NCBI GenBank assembly: GCA_963701145.1
Contig: OY969572.1
Span: 2,405,387-2,469,386 of the forward strand
Direction: 5' to 3'
Length of the DNA: 64,000 bases
DNA from: an uncultured Solirubrobacteraceae bacterium
GTDB lineage: Bacteria; Actinomycetota; Thermoleophilia; Solirubrobacterales; Solirubrobacteraceae
Of this stretch, positions 28,650 through 38,199 are shown in pieces (positions within the stretch are counted from its first letter, which is position 1; the number at the start of each line of letters is the position of its first letter). The notes under the pieces were generated by a model. The model was not told the origin of the DNA. It searched no databases and saw nothing but the letters and a program-made list of their open reading frames with translations. A program made the position numbers and the translations under genes.

Positions 28650-31600
28650 TCAGCCGAAGATGCTCGCTGGAGCGCCCTCGAGCGCCGTGAGTGTCGCCCG
28701 CCGGCCGGATTCGCGCAGCGAGTCGAGCATGTGAAACTCAAGCGCGCCGACGGATTCGTGCGAAGGCGTGATCATCAGCTCGGCATGGCGACCGGCCTGC
28801 TCGACCGTGTCGGTGGTGGCCAGGAACGCGAGGTTGGCCAACGTGTTCATGAGCGTGGGCATCCGCGGAGCCTCTCCAGGCTCGTGTTCGCGAAGTCCGC
28901 GCTCGGTGACATCGCAGGCGATGATCGGCCCCTCCGCATCGGCCGCCATGATCGACACGGGCAGGCCGTCGAGCACGGCGCCGTCGAACAGCAGACGATC
29001 GCCGCGGATCACCGGCGGTAGGACTCCGGGGACGGCCATGCTGGCGGCCACGGCGTCGGCGATCTCGCCGCGACGATCGACGAGCAGCTCGTTTGCGATC
29101 ACGTCGGTCGCGGTGCAGTAGAACGAGCGCGGCAGATCCTCGATCCTGCCCTCGAGCGTACGGTCGAGCATCGCCCGCAGCCGCGCGCCACGCAGCAGCG
29201 CGTGGCGGGGCAGGCCATAGTCCGACAGCGGGCTCCTTCGGACCCACTCCTCGTGACAGCGCGCGTCGATCTGCGCCGCGTCCATGCCCTGGGCGAGCAT
29301 CGCGCCAACGTAGGCGCCCATGCTCGTGCCGCCGACGCGGTCGATCACGATGCCGGCCGCGAGCAGCTCCTCGATCACGCCTATGTGGGCAAACGCGCGC
29401 GCTCCGCCGCCCGAGAGGACGAGGCCCACCGACCTCGAAGCGAGTCGCCGTGCCAGCCTGGCCACGTCGGAGGTGAAGCTCGCCTGTGCGATCCGGTGGG
29501 TGGAGCGCGGTGCGAGCGCATCGAGCAGACTCTCGAGACGGGGGGAGGACGCCGGCTCGAGCAGCACCGTGTCGCAGCCGCGCAGTAAGGGCAGCAGCGC
29601 GGCCTCGCCGGACGGCCCGCCGGCTGCCTCGTCGGGCGCTGCCTCAGCGACTACCAGCACGGTTCGGTCGGCCTGGCGCACGCATGCCAGAGTCCACTCC
29701 GCGTCTTCTGCGGCGGCGTTGAGCAGCACGATCTCGTGGTCGTGCTCGAGGCGATCGAGCGCGCGCGCGAGCGCGGCCCCCGTGGCGGCGTCCCCGTGAA
29801 GCTCCGACGTCCTCGCGCGATCGAGCGCTGCGACGCTGCAGATGCCTTCGAGCTCGCGCCGAAGCAGCGGCGCGACTCCCGCATGCCCCGCCGCCGCGCC
29901 GAGCGTGACGATCGCGATGCTCGACGCGGACCCGAGTGGCTCGGCATCGACCGGCGTGCGACGCTGCAGATCCATCGCGAGTGCCCGCGACACGCCCGCG
30001 GCAAACCCCGGGGCGCTCTCCATCAGCTCCTCGAACGGCGCACGCGCCAGGCACAGCAGCTCGGCGTCGCGGCGGCAGCGCACCGAGGCCGACCGCGGCG
30101 CCTGCGACAGGAGCGCGAGCTCGCCCACGACCGAGCCCACGCCGAGTTCGCGGACCGGCCCGCGGTCCCCGACCGACGACTCCACGCACACCTCGAGGCG
30201 GCCGCTACGGAGCACGTACAGAGCGTCGGCCTCATCGCCCTGGCGAAACAGCCACTCACCGGCGCTCAGGTGCACCGCTGCGGCCCGATCGGCGAGCGCA
30301 CGCAGTTGATCGGCCGCGAGGACTGCGAACAGCGGCACCGAGCCGAGCAGCTCCAGTGGCGTGCTCGGCACGTGGGCCGCAGTGGCAGGAACCGGCTTCA
30401 GCCTCGGCGTCCTGCTAACCCGCCCGGCGGGGGCATCCACCCGTGCGGGCAGCTCGTCGATTGCCGCCTCGACGGCCCCACTGCGAAAGCGCGGCAGACC
30501 GAACGCGACGGCGGCGAGCGCCCCGAAGCAGATCGCCGCGAATCCCCAGGCGCGACGGAAGGGAGCGACGAGATCGGGCCCATGGCCGTGGCCGAGCAGC
30601 GCAGCCAGGATCGCGACGCCCAGCGCGCCGCCAACGAGGCGGATCGCCGTGTTCAGCGCGGTCGCGCCCGCGTAGCGGTCGCGCGGCGCATCGGACACGG
30701 CGGCGTCGCTGACGAGCGGGAACGCCAGCCCGATCCCGATCGCCAGCAGCACGGCGGCAGGCAGGTAGGCGCCGACATAGTCCGGCCTGGCGCCCATGCG
30801 CAGGACGAGCACCGCCGCGCCGGCCGTCAGCACGGCGGCGCCGAGCACGACCAGGATGCGCGGGTCGCGCTTCGCGGCGAGCCGGCCGGCGAGGATCGCC
30901 GTGGGTGCGGCGACGAACGGCGCCGGCGTCAGCGCGAGTCCCGCCGTCAGCGGCGAGTAACGCCACACGTCCATCAGAAAGAGCACGTTCGCGAGCCCGA
31001 GCGTGAAGAACCCCGCCGCACCGACGAACGTCAGCACGGCGATCGCGGCGAAGCCGGGCGCGCGCACGAGCGCAAGGTCGAGCACGGGTGCCGCATGCAC
31101 ACGGCAGCGCCGTACGAACGTGATCGCGCCCGCCAGCGCGCCGGCGGCTGCAGCGATCACCCCGGGGCTGGCCCAGCCCCACACCGGGCCCTGTGCAATG
31201 GCCAGCGACAGCGCCGAGACCGTCACTGCGAGGATCAGTGCGCCAACCAGGTCGGGCAACTCGCGCCGTCCGGGCGCACGGCTCTCGACCAGCTCGCGCC
31301 TGGCGAGGTAGACGACCGCCAGGCCAATCGGCAGGTTCACCAGGAACACGAGGCGCCAGTCGTACGCGTTCACGAGCACGCCGCCGATCGCAGGCCCGAA
31401 CCCCGCGGCGAGGGCGGCCGTCGCGGCCCACACGCCGACCGCGCGAACGCGCTCACCCGGCGGATGCGCCTCCAGCACCATTGCCAGCGAGGACGGCACG
31501 AGCACCGCTGCGCCGATGCCCTGCACGAAGCGCGCGCAGATCAGCAGCACGGGGCTCGGCGCGATCGCGCAAAGCGCTGAGGCGGCGGTGAACAGCGCTG

Positions 31601-32000
31601 CCCCGAAGCTGAACATGCGACGGCGGCCGAGCAGGTCGGCGAGTCTTCCCGCCGGGATCAGGAACGCGGCGAACGCGATGTTGTAGGCGTTGAACACCCA
31701 CGAGAGCTCCGCGATCGTCGCCTGCGGGAAGGAGCGCAGGATGTTCGGGAACGCGATCCCCACGACGCTGTCGTCGAGGAACGCCATGAATACAGCGATC
31801 GACGCAACCACGAGCACGGTCGAGGGGGCCACCGTGCTGCGCCGTACGCGGGCGCCGGCGTCCGGGGTTGGTTCTGGGTGCGCGGGCGAGGGCCAATCAG
31901 GTGCCGGTAGGTCCCGCGGCTGTATGCGATCTGGGGCGCCCGCGCGCTCATCTGCGATCTCCCGCGAGCTCGGCGCTGGAACGTGCTCCTGGCTGGCCAT
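28650..32000 (-). CDS. DHA2 MFS transporter - cNMP-binding domain - patatin phospholipase fusion
   Basis: 14-TM MFS (GRLADLLGRRR); cNMP domain (LFRQGD..VVGELALL..RSASV); patatin GGGARAFAH, GTSMG, DGA. Confidence 0.92.
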   Translation of the reverse strand: MASQEHVPAPSSREIADERAGAPDRIQPRDLPAPDWPSPAHPEPTPDAGARVRRSTVAPSTVLVVASIAVFMAFLDDSVVGIAFPNILRSFPQATIAELSWVFNAYNIAFAAFLIPAGRLADLLGRRRMFSFGAALFTAASALCAIAPSPVLLICARFVQGIGAAVLVPSSLAMVLEAHPPGERVRAVGVWAATAALAAGFGPAIGGVLVNAYDWRLVFLVNLPIGLAVVYLARRELVESRAPGRRELPDLVGALILAVTVSALSLAIAQGPVWGWASPGVIAAAAGALAGAITFVRRCRVHAAPVLDLALVRAPGFAAIAVLTFVGAAGFFTLGLANVLFLMDVWRYSPLTAGLALTPAPFVAAPTAILAGRLAAKRDPRILVVLGAAVLTAGAAVLVLRMGARPDYVGAYLPAAVLLAIGIGLAFPLVSDAAVSDAPRDRYAGATALNTAIRLVGGALGVAILAALLGHGHGPDLVAPFRRAWGFAAICFGALAAVAFGLPRFRSGAVEAAIDELPARVDAPAGRVSRTPRLKPVPATAAHVPSTPLELLGSVPLFAVLAADQLRALADRAAAVHLSAGEWLFRQGDEADALYVLRSGRLEVCVESSVGDRGPVRELGVGSVVGELALLSQAPRSASVRCRRDAELLCLARAPFEELMESAPGFAAGVSRALAMDLQRRTPVDAEPLGSASSIAIVTLGAAAGHAGVAPLLRRELEGICSVAALDRARTSELHGDAATGAALARALDRLEHDHEIVLLNAAAEDAEWTLACVRQADRTVLVVAEAAPDEAAGGPSGEAALLPLLRGCDTVLLEPASSPRLESLLDALAPRSTHRIAQASFTSDVARLARRLASRSVGLVLSGGGARAFAHIGVIEELLAAGIVIDRVGGTSMGAYVGAMLAQGMDAAQIDARCHEEWVRRSPLSDYGLPRHALLRGARLRAMLDRTLEGRIEDLPRSFYCTATDVIANELLVDRRGEIADAVAASMAVPGVLPPVIRGDRLLFDGAVLDGLPVSIMAADAEGPIIACDVTERGLREHEPGEAPRMPTLMNTLANLAFLATTDTVEQAGRHAELMITPSHESVGALEFHMLDSLRESGRRATLTALEGAPASIFG

Positions 32001-32082
32001 TGCCGAGGAATCATTTCAACTTGCCCAATCCCGTCGTGTCCGGCGCTCGCACGCGCGCCCCCGCGAGAACCTACGGGGCGAG

Positions 32083-32712
32083 CTACGGGGCGAGGCGGAA
32101 CGGCGGGTAGCGATCGGTCACCAGCACGTGGGCGTACGCGATCACCCGGTTGCTCCAGCGCCCGACGCCGACGAGGTAATCGAACATCCAGCGGGGGAAC
32201 CGACCGGTGAACAGGATCGCGAACCAGGCGGCGATCACCACGAAGAACGCGGCTATATAGAGGAAGAACAGCACCACGTAGTGCGGGATGGCCAGCAGCC
32301 ACTTGACCAGCGGCAGCCAGCGGTTGAGCTCGTTGCGGGCGTCCGGATAGGGAAACTCCAGATGCACCGCCTGTTGCTCGTCCGTGGAGGGATAGCGGTC
32401 CTCCATCAGTGCCAGGTAGACGCCGACCCGGGCGGAGAACCGCATCAGCGCTAGGTTCCAGTCAAACCACCAGCGCGGGTACTTCTGCCGGAACAGGATC
32501 AGCAGCAGCGTGGGCAGCACGACCAGGCCGGCGGCGCCGAGGGCCCCGCTGGCCCTCCCGCCACCGTAGGCGTACCCGCCGCCCTCGATGAGGGCGATCA
32601 CGATCGCGATCGGGATGACCATGAACAGGCGAAAGAAGGTGGTCAGGCGGTTGAGCGGCCGGTCCGGGTAGTTGACCGAGTACTGGACGGGATACGGCGC
32701 GTCGGGGTCCAT
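32083..32712 (-). CDS. DUF4389 domain membrane protein
   Basis: Duplicated LNR..LAIPH..ILFTG.YP.W.FD motif. Confidence 0.85.
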   Translation of the reverse strand: MDPDAPYPVQYSVNYPDRPLNRLTTFFRLFMVIPIAIVIALIEGGGYAYGGGRASGALGAAGLVVLPTLLLILFRQKYPRWWFDWNLALMRFSARVGVYLALMEDRYPSTDEQQAVHLEFPYPDARNELNRWLPLVKWLLAIPHYVVLFFLYIAAFFVVIAAWFAILFTGRFPRWMFDYLVGVGRWSNRVIAYAHVLVTDRYPPFRLAP

Positions 32713-32755
32713 GAGGTGCCTTTCGGTGAGGTGTACGGCGTACACTCGTGTGTAG

Positions 32756-32820
32756 GACTATGTCGAGTTCGCGTGGGGGCTCGATCTGATCCTCGACGGC
32801 CTCGACCGCCTTCGTCGCGC
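32756..32820 (+). pseudogene. TetR C-terminal remnant
   Basis: EFAWGLDLILDGLDRLRR matches the TetR_C terminus. Confidence 0.55.
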
Positions 32821-32860
32821 CGGCGCCGCGCCGGCACGAGCGCCGGCTCAACGGGGGTCC

Positions 32861-32887
32861 TGTCACACTCGTTGCGTCTCGCGGGTC
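32861..32887 (+). promoter_or_regulatory. ECF41-type promoter
   Basis: TGTCACA-N16-GGTC, close to the published ECF41 consensus TGTCACA-N16-(C/T)GTC. Confidence 0.55.
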
Positions 32888-32923
32888 CCATCTGCATGAA
32901 GCGACCCACAGGAGAAACGTGAC

Positions 32924-33805
32924 GTGGCTCAGCAGGAATGGCTCGTCGGCGAGTTCGAGCAGCACCGTCCGCACCTGCGGGCGGTCGCCTACCGGATCCT
33001 GGGATCGGTGAGCGAGGCCGACGACGCCGTCCAGGACGCGTGGCTGCGGCTCAGCCGCACGGACGCCAGCGGGGTGGAGAACCTCGGCGGATGGCTGACC
33101 ACCGTGGTCGCGCGCGTGGCGCTGAACATGCTGCGCTCACGCAAAACCCGACGCGAGCTGCCGCTGGACGTGCATGTCCCCGACCCCATCATCGACCCCA
33201 CTGACGGCACGGATCCCGAGCACGAGGCGCTGCTCGCGGACTCCGTCGGGTTGGCGCTGCTGGTCGTGCTCGAGACCCTCACCCCGCCGGAGCGGCTCGC
33301 GTTCGTGCTCCACGACATGTTCTCGGTGCCGTTCGAGGAGATCGCGACGGTCCTGGAGCGCTCTCCCGAGGCAGCCCGCCAGCTCGCCAGCCGCGCCCGC
33401 CGTCGCGTGCGCGGCGCCGCCTGTGCCCCGGACCCCGACCTCGCCGCCCAACGAGCGGTCATCGACGCGTTCCTCGCCGCCGCCCGCGAGGGCGACTTCG
33501 ACGCGCTCGTCGCAGTGCTCCACCCCGACGTCGTGCTCAGGGCCGACGGGGGCGCCGCCACGGCCCTATCCCACCACGCCCAGGGTGCCGCGAACGTCGC
33601 CAGCCGGGCGATGATGTTCAGCCGCGTCGATCTGACCGTGCACCACGTGCTGATCAACGGGACCGCCGGACTCCTCGCCAGACGCGACGGAGAGCTGTTC
33701 TCCGTCATGGGACTCACGATCACCGGCGGGCGGATCGTCGAGCTCGACATCCTCGTCGACCCCGAGCGCCTGCGAGCACTCGACGCTGCAAGGCTCGGCG
33801 GCTAG
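32924..33805 (+). CDS. ECF41 (SigJ-like) sigma factor with SnoaL-like C-terminal extension
   Basis: HRPHLRAVAYRILGSVSEADDAVQDAW, LTPPERLAFVLHD, LHPDVVLRADGG. Confidence 0.92.
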   Translation: MAQQEWLVGEFEQHRPHLRAVAYRILGSVSEADDAVQDAWLRLSRTDASGVENLGGWLTTVVARVALNMLRSRKTRRELPLDVHVPDPIIDPTDGTDPEHEALLADSVGLALLVVLETLTPPERLAFVLHDMFSVPFEEIATVLERSPEAARQLASRARRRVRGAACAPDPDLAAQRAVIDAFLAAAREGDFDALVAVLHPDVVLRADGGAATALSHHAQGAANVASRAMMFSRVDLTVHHVLINGTAGLLARRDGELFSVMGLTITGGRIVELDILVDPERLRALDAARLGG

Positions 33806-33829
33806 GCATATCCGCCGACCGGACGGTGC

Positions 33830-33856
33830 GGTCACGTTCCTCGATCGCACCGTGTC
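33830..33856 (+). promoter_or_regulatory. Second ECF41-type promoter
   Basis: GGTCACG-N16-TGTC upstream of the CMD gene. Confidence 0.45.
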
Positions 33857-33960
33857 AACGAACTGGACCCCCGAAGCCGTCATCGTGACGAAGTGATCGC
33901 GTGCGCACGGTGGACCCGGGTCGCCAACGACAACCAGCCACCCATAGGAGGACGGCCATC

Positions 33961-34455
33961 ATGCAAGCTCGAATCGACAACCCTGCCCTCACCGTTCCCG
34001 GCGCTTTGCAGGCGCTGCAGAAGCTGGGAACCGCCGTCAAGCACGCCGACGTGCCCGCCACCACGCTCTATCTCATCGAGCTCCGCGCGAGCCAGATCAA
34101 CGGCTGCAGCGTCTGCGTCAACATGCACTCCCGGGAGCTCAAGGCAGCGGGCGAGCCAGACGAGCGCATCTCCTGCGTCGCGGCATGGCGAGAGGCGTCC
34201 TACTACACCGACGCCGAGCGCGCCGCGCTCGCCCTCACCGAGGCCGCCACGCGGCTTGCCGACCGGTCCGATCCCGTCCCGGACGACGTCTGGCAGGAGG
34301 CCGCCCGACACTACGACGAGCCCCAGCTCGCCGCGCTCGTGATCGCGATCGCCACGATCAACGCCTTCAACCGCATCAACGCCATCACCAGGCAGGTAGC
34401 CGGGGAGTGGGTCGGCGAGTTCGTGAGCAGGCAGCTGGCCGGACAGGCAGCCTGA
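33961..34455 (+). CDS. Carboxymuconolactone decarboxylase/AhpD family protein
   Basis: RASQINGCSVCVNMH, ERAALALTEA, INAFNR. Confidence 0.92.
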   Translation: MQARIDNPALTVPGALQALQKLGTAVKHADVPATTLYLIELRASQINGCSVCVNMHSRELKAAGEPDERISCVAAWREASYYTDAERAALALTEAATRLADRSDPVPDDVWQEAARHYDEPQLAALVIAIATINAFNRINAITRQVAGEWVGEFVSRQLAGQAA

Positions 34456-34462
34456 CCGATAC

Positions 34463-34505
34463 GCAACCGCTGGTTGCTTCTGCTAGATTCGCAACCATCG
34501 GTTGC
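34463..34505. promoter_or_regulatory. Twin operators flanking a -10 box
   Basis: GCAACC-N3-GGTTGC at 34463 and 34491; TAGATT between them. Confidence 0.7.
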
Positions 34506-34527
34506 ACATCAAGCGGAAGGGACGAGC

Positions 34528-35007
34528 GTGCCTGCTGAATCCGTCGAAAGAGAGATCCTGATCGAGGCGCCGGCCGAGGTCGTCTGGGACGTCATCACCG
34601 AGCCCGAGCAGATCAGCCGCTGGTTCAGCGACGAGGCCGCAGTCGAGCAACGCGCCGGCGCCGACGGCACGCTCACCTGGAGGCCCGGAGGACGCGGCGG
34701 AAGCCGAGCTGGCATGATCGTCCCCATCCGGGTCGTGGAGGCCGAGCCTCCACGACGCTTCTCCTTCCGCTGGGGCCACCCGGAGGGCACCGGACCCGAC
34801 GAGCACAACTCGGCGCTGGTCGAGTTCACCCTCACCCCGGAGGCCCATGGCACGCGACTGCGGGTCCTCGAGAGCGGCATCGAGGCGGTCGCCCATGACG
34901 AGGACGGCCGGGCCCGCTACCGCGAAGACCACGAACAGGGCTGGGAGAGGCACCTGGGCGAAATGCTCGCTTACCTCGCCTCCAGGACGCGGGGAGAGAC
35001 GCGCTGA
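34528..35007 (+). CDS. SRPBCC/AHSA1 family protein
   Basis: VEREILIEAPAEVVWDVITEPE..RWF; HEQGW. Confidence 0.9.
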   Translation: MPAESVEREILIEAPAEVVWDVITEPEQISRWFSDEAAVEQRAGADGTLTWRPGGRGGSRAGMIVPIRVVEAEPPRRFSFRWGHPEGTGPDEHNSALVEFTLTPEAHGTRLRVLESGIEAVAHDEDGRARYREDHEQGWERHLGEMLAYLASRTRGETR

Positions 35008-35357
35008 TGCCGATCCCTCTCGCCGAGGAGGACGCTCTGTGGGCGGCGTTTGCCGACCCCACGCGCCGGCGCGTGCTCGAAGCCCTGCTCGAGCAGGGCG
35101 AGACCACCACCACGATCCTGGCCGAGGGGCTGCCGATCACCCGGCAGGCTGTCGCCAAGCACCTTGCCGTGCTGAACCGCGTTGGCCTGGTCGCGGGGCA
35201 GCGCCGGGGCCGGGAGGTGCGCTACGCCGTACAGCCCGCGCGACTCGACGATGCCGCCGATTCCATGGCTCGAGTGGCTGCGCAGTGGGACAGGCGGCTG
35301 ACCCGGATCAAGCGGCTCGCCGAGTCCGTGCATGCCGAAAGCCGAGTCGACCAGTGA
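35007..35357 (+). CDS. ArsR/SmtB family regulator
   Basis: AFADPTRRRVLEAL, ITRQAVAKHLAVLNRVGLV. Confidence 0.92.
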   Translation: MPIPLAEEDALWAAFADPTRRRVLEALLEQGETTTTILAEGLPITRQAVAKHLAVLNRVGLVAGQRRGREVRYAVQPARLDDAADSMARVAAQWDRRLTRIKRLAESVHAESRVDQ

Positions 35358-35377
35358 CAACCAGAAGGAGAGAAAGC

Positions 35378-36136
35378 ATGACCGATCACAAAGCCGGAAC
35401 CCGTGAGGAGTGGCTTGCGGCACGACTCCATCTGCTCGAGTCCGAGAAGGAGCTCACGCGGCGTGGCGACGACGTGGCCCGGTTGCGACGGGAGCTGCCG
35501 TGGGTTCCGGTCGAGAAGGAGTACCGCTTCGAAACCGACGAGGGCACGGCGTCGCTCGCGGACCTTTTCAAAGGCCGCTCCCAGCTGCTCGTCTACCACT
35601 TCATGTTCGGGCCGGACTACACGGCGGGATGTCCTTCCTGCTCGGCTATCGCGGACGGCTTCTCCGGCTCGGTGGTCCACCTCGCCAATCACGATGTCGC
35701 CCTCACGGCCGTCTCGCGCGCACCGCTGGCGAAGCTCCAGGCCTATAAGCGGCGGATGGGCTGGAGCTTCCCGTGGGCGTCGTCGTTCGAGAGCGACTTC
35801 AACTACGACTTCCACGTCTTTCACACCCAGCAGGAATGGCAGTCGGGGGCGGTCGAGTACAACTTCGACACCGCGGACTACCGGCCCGCGGAGAAGAGTC
35901 CCGCGCTGATCGAGATCGCCTCGGGCGTCGGAACGGACCCCGCGACCTACAGAAAAGAGGGCCCGGGCATCAGCGCATTCGCGCTCGAGGACGGCGTCGT
36001 CTTCCACACCTACTCGGCCTACGCGCGAGGACTCGACGGCCTCTGGGGCATGTACGCATGGCTCGACCGCGCGCCGCTGGGCCGCAACGAGGCCGGGTTC
36101 TGGTGGCGCCGCCACGACGAATACGCCGAGGGCTGA
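35378..36136 (+). CDS. DUF899 thioredoxin-like protein
   Basis: EWLAARLHLLESEKELTR, YHFMFGP...CPSCS, LDRAPLGRNE. Confidence 0.92.
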   Translation: MTDHKAGTREEWLAARLHLLESEKELTRRGDDVARLRRELPWVPVEKEYRFETDEGTASLADLFKGRSQLLVYHFMFGPDYTAGCPSCSAIADGFSGSVVHLANHDVALTAVSRAPLAKLQAYKRRMGWSFPWASSFESDFNYDFHVFHTQQEWQSGAVEYNFDTADYRPAEKSPALIEIASGVGTDPATYRKEGPGISAFALEDGVVFHTYSAYARGLDGLWGMYAWLDRAPLGRNEAGFWWRRHDEYAEG

Positions 36137-36159
36137 TCCGTGGCGGGCCGTCCCACCCG

Positions 36160-36564
36160 CTACGAAGGCTGCGTGCGCTTCTCGTCGAGCTCCTGGCGCT
36201 CCTCCACGAGCGACTGCAGCTGGTCGCCGACCTCGGCGGAGATGCGCTTGAGATCCCATTTGCTGAGGGTGATCAGACGCATCGGGGAGGTCGCGACGAC
36301 GTCGGCCATACGCTTGGCGCCGGCGAGCAGACCCATCTCGCCGAACACATCGCCTGGGCCCAGCGACCCGATCACCTCGCCGCCTTTGATCACGTCGGCG
36401 GTGCCGCTTTCGATGACGATCAACTCGTAGGAGTAGTCGCCTTCGTGCACGAGCCGCTTGCCGGCGGACACGGACGTCTCGCTGGCGAACACCGCCACCG
36501 TGTTGAGCGCCTTCTCCGACAGCGACGAGAACAGCGGGATGGTCTTCAGATGATCGATATCCAT
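36160..36564 (-). CDS. Stand-alone cyclic nucleotide-binding domain protein
   Basis: IPLFSSL, LVHEGD, GPGDVFGEMGLL..KRMADVVA. Confidence 0.88.
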   Translation of the reverse strand: MDIDHLKTIPLFSSLSEKALNTVAVFASETSVSAGKRLVHEGDYSYELIVIESGTADVIKGGEVIGSLGPGDVFGEMGLLAGAKRMADVVATSPMRLITLSKWDLKRISAEVGDQLQSLVEERQELDEKRTQPS

Positions 36565-36716
36565 GACCTCTCTACTTTCGCGATGGTGGTGGAAAGACGG
36601 ACCGACTACGACCCCGGACGCGCGTGCTGACGATGTGCACCCTACAACCGCGGCGCCCGTGGCGGGGGGCGCGAACTGCCGCGGCCAGCCTGCCGACTCG
36701 CGTCCGCAAGCAGGTT

Positions 36717-36745
36717 TTGCCCAGGGCGCCAAACCTGTGTACAAT
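36717..36745 (+). promoter_or_regulatory. Sigma70-type promoter overlapped by an inverted repeat
   Basis: TTGCCC-N17-TACAAT; CAGGTTT...AAACCTG inverted repeat 36711-36737. Confidence 0.55.
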
Positions 36746-36828
36746 CTCGCGGTCCCGCAGTTCCAACCGAGGGAGCGGACGGCGACACGACGACGCCGGA
36801 CGTCAAACGTAGCCCGCAAGGAGGCGAC

Positions 36829-37399
36829 ATGAGAATCAAGACTTTTGCAGCGGCCGTCACGGGAGCGATGGCGCTGCTTGTGGTGGGTGTCCCCGGCGCT
36901 CTGGCCCAAGGGCCCATCAACCTGAGGCAGGGCCTGGAGTTGACCGAAGCCGGAGCACCCGTCGCGCCGGGTGCCACGGTCTTCAACGAGGATCTCGTGG
37001 TCGGGCAGTGCTTCGTGGAGTTCGACCGGCAAGCTGCTCAACAACGGCGACCCGATAGACGCGATCGTGGTTGGGTCGCCCACCCACTACTACTGTGAAG
37101 GCGGTGCCTCGGCGTCTGGCGGGATCCGCTCGGTCGTGCTCGCCGACAACGACACGGCGCTGCTGTACAGCACCATGGTCGTCACCACGGCCGCGCAATG
37201 CGCCTACCAGTTCTCCCTGATGCAGGGGATCTTTTACGGTGACGTGTACGTGACCGGGTCAGCGACCGGTTTCGAGGTTCGCTCACAGAGCGTGCCCGGC
37301 TGCGCCTCCACGCTCACCACCGAATTCGGCGTCGCCGAGCTGAGCTCCGTCACAGACGGCGCGCTGGAAGTCGAACTGGTGCCGGGCCCCAAGTTCTGA
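36829..37399 (+). pseudogene. Secreted 4-Cys protein, frameshifted at 37021-37022
   Basis: Signal peptide and RBS AAGGAGG; deleting one T joins ORFs 36829 and 36971 into 189 aa. Confidence 0.65.
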
Positions 37400-37408
37400 C
37401 GGGAGGCG

Positions 37409-37456
37409 AACTCGACGGGGCCAGGCAGGTGAGTGTGTCCTGCGCCCCGTCGGGTT
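37409..37456. terminator. Long hairpin between convergent genes
   Basis: AACTCGACGGGGC/GCCCCGTCGGGTT stem plus CAGG/CCTG. Confidence 0.6.
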
Positions 37457-37495
37457 TCCCGAACGATGTGTCCGCCTGCGCGGGCCGCTCGGCGC

Positions 37496-38137
37496 TCAGG
37501 TGCCGGCGCGCCCGCCTGCCGCTTGGATGATCAGCTCGGCCGCGTCTTCGGGCGAGAGCTTCTCCGTGTTGATCACGAGGTCGTAGTGGGTGGGCAGCTC
37601 GGCGCCGATGCCGTAGAAGCGCTTTATGTAGTCGCCGCGAGCGGAGTCGGATCGCTTGACAGCACGCGCGGCCTCCTTCTCGTCGACCCCCAGGGAGGCC
37701 GCCAGTTGACGCTCCCGCGTCTGCGCTGGTGCGGTCAGAAGCACGCGCAGGACATCCGCACGTTCGGCGAGGGCCATGGACGCCGCGTGCGCCACGATCA
37801 CCGCGCTCCCCTTCGCGGCGGTCTCCTCGATGATCGAGCGGATCATTCCCCTCAGCTCGTCGCTCGCTGGTTGGGGCGGTCCGACGATGTAAGCGCCGGG
37901 GACCGCGTAGCCGGCACCCAGCCCGGATGATCCCAGTCCTTCCACCAATCTCATCACACGCGACTTGCGTTGCTCGATGTCGGCGACGGCTCCCTCATCG
38001 ACCCCGGCCTCGACCGCGGCGCGGGTGACGATATCCGCATCGATGAGCCGAAAGCCGAGCGAGCTCGCCACCAGTTGCGCGGCCTCCTGCGCACCGGCGC
38101 CCTCTTGGCTGGCCATGCATACAACCTGGTGCCTCAC
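37496..38137 (-). CDS. Cytidylate kinase-like family protein
   Basis: VCMASQEGAGA..LGFRLID, SAVIVAH, YDLVINT. Confidence 0.8.
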   Translation of the reverse strand: MRHQVVCMASQEGAGAQEAAQLVASSLGFRLIDADIVTRAAVEAGVDEGAVADIEQRKSRVMRLVEGLGSSGLGAGYAVPGAYIVGPPQPASDELRGMIRSIIEETAAKGSAVIVAHAASMALAERADVLRVLLTAPAQTRERQLAASLGVDEKEAARAVKRSDSARGDYIKRFYGIGAELPTHYDLVINTEKLSPEDAAELIIQAAGGRAGT

Positions 38138-38199
38138 GCCGCAAAGCCTACCCCTCGCCTGCTCCACGTGGGTTGGCGCTCTCGGCTGCTCGCGCGCCG

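Noticed and set aside
28650-32000. CBASS-like patatin effector system
   Set aside because: The patatin is the NTE-type fused to MFS and cNMP domains; no CD-NTase nearby
36746-36828. Riboswitch in the leader of the secreted protein
   Set aside because: No conserved core of c-di-GMP, c-di-AMP, SAM, TPP or cobalamin riboswitches recognised; would need an Infernal scan
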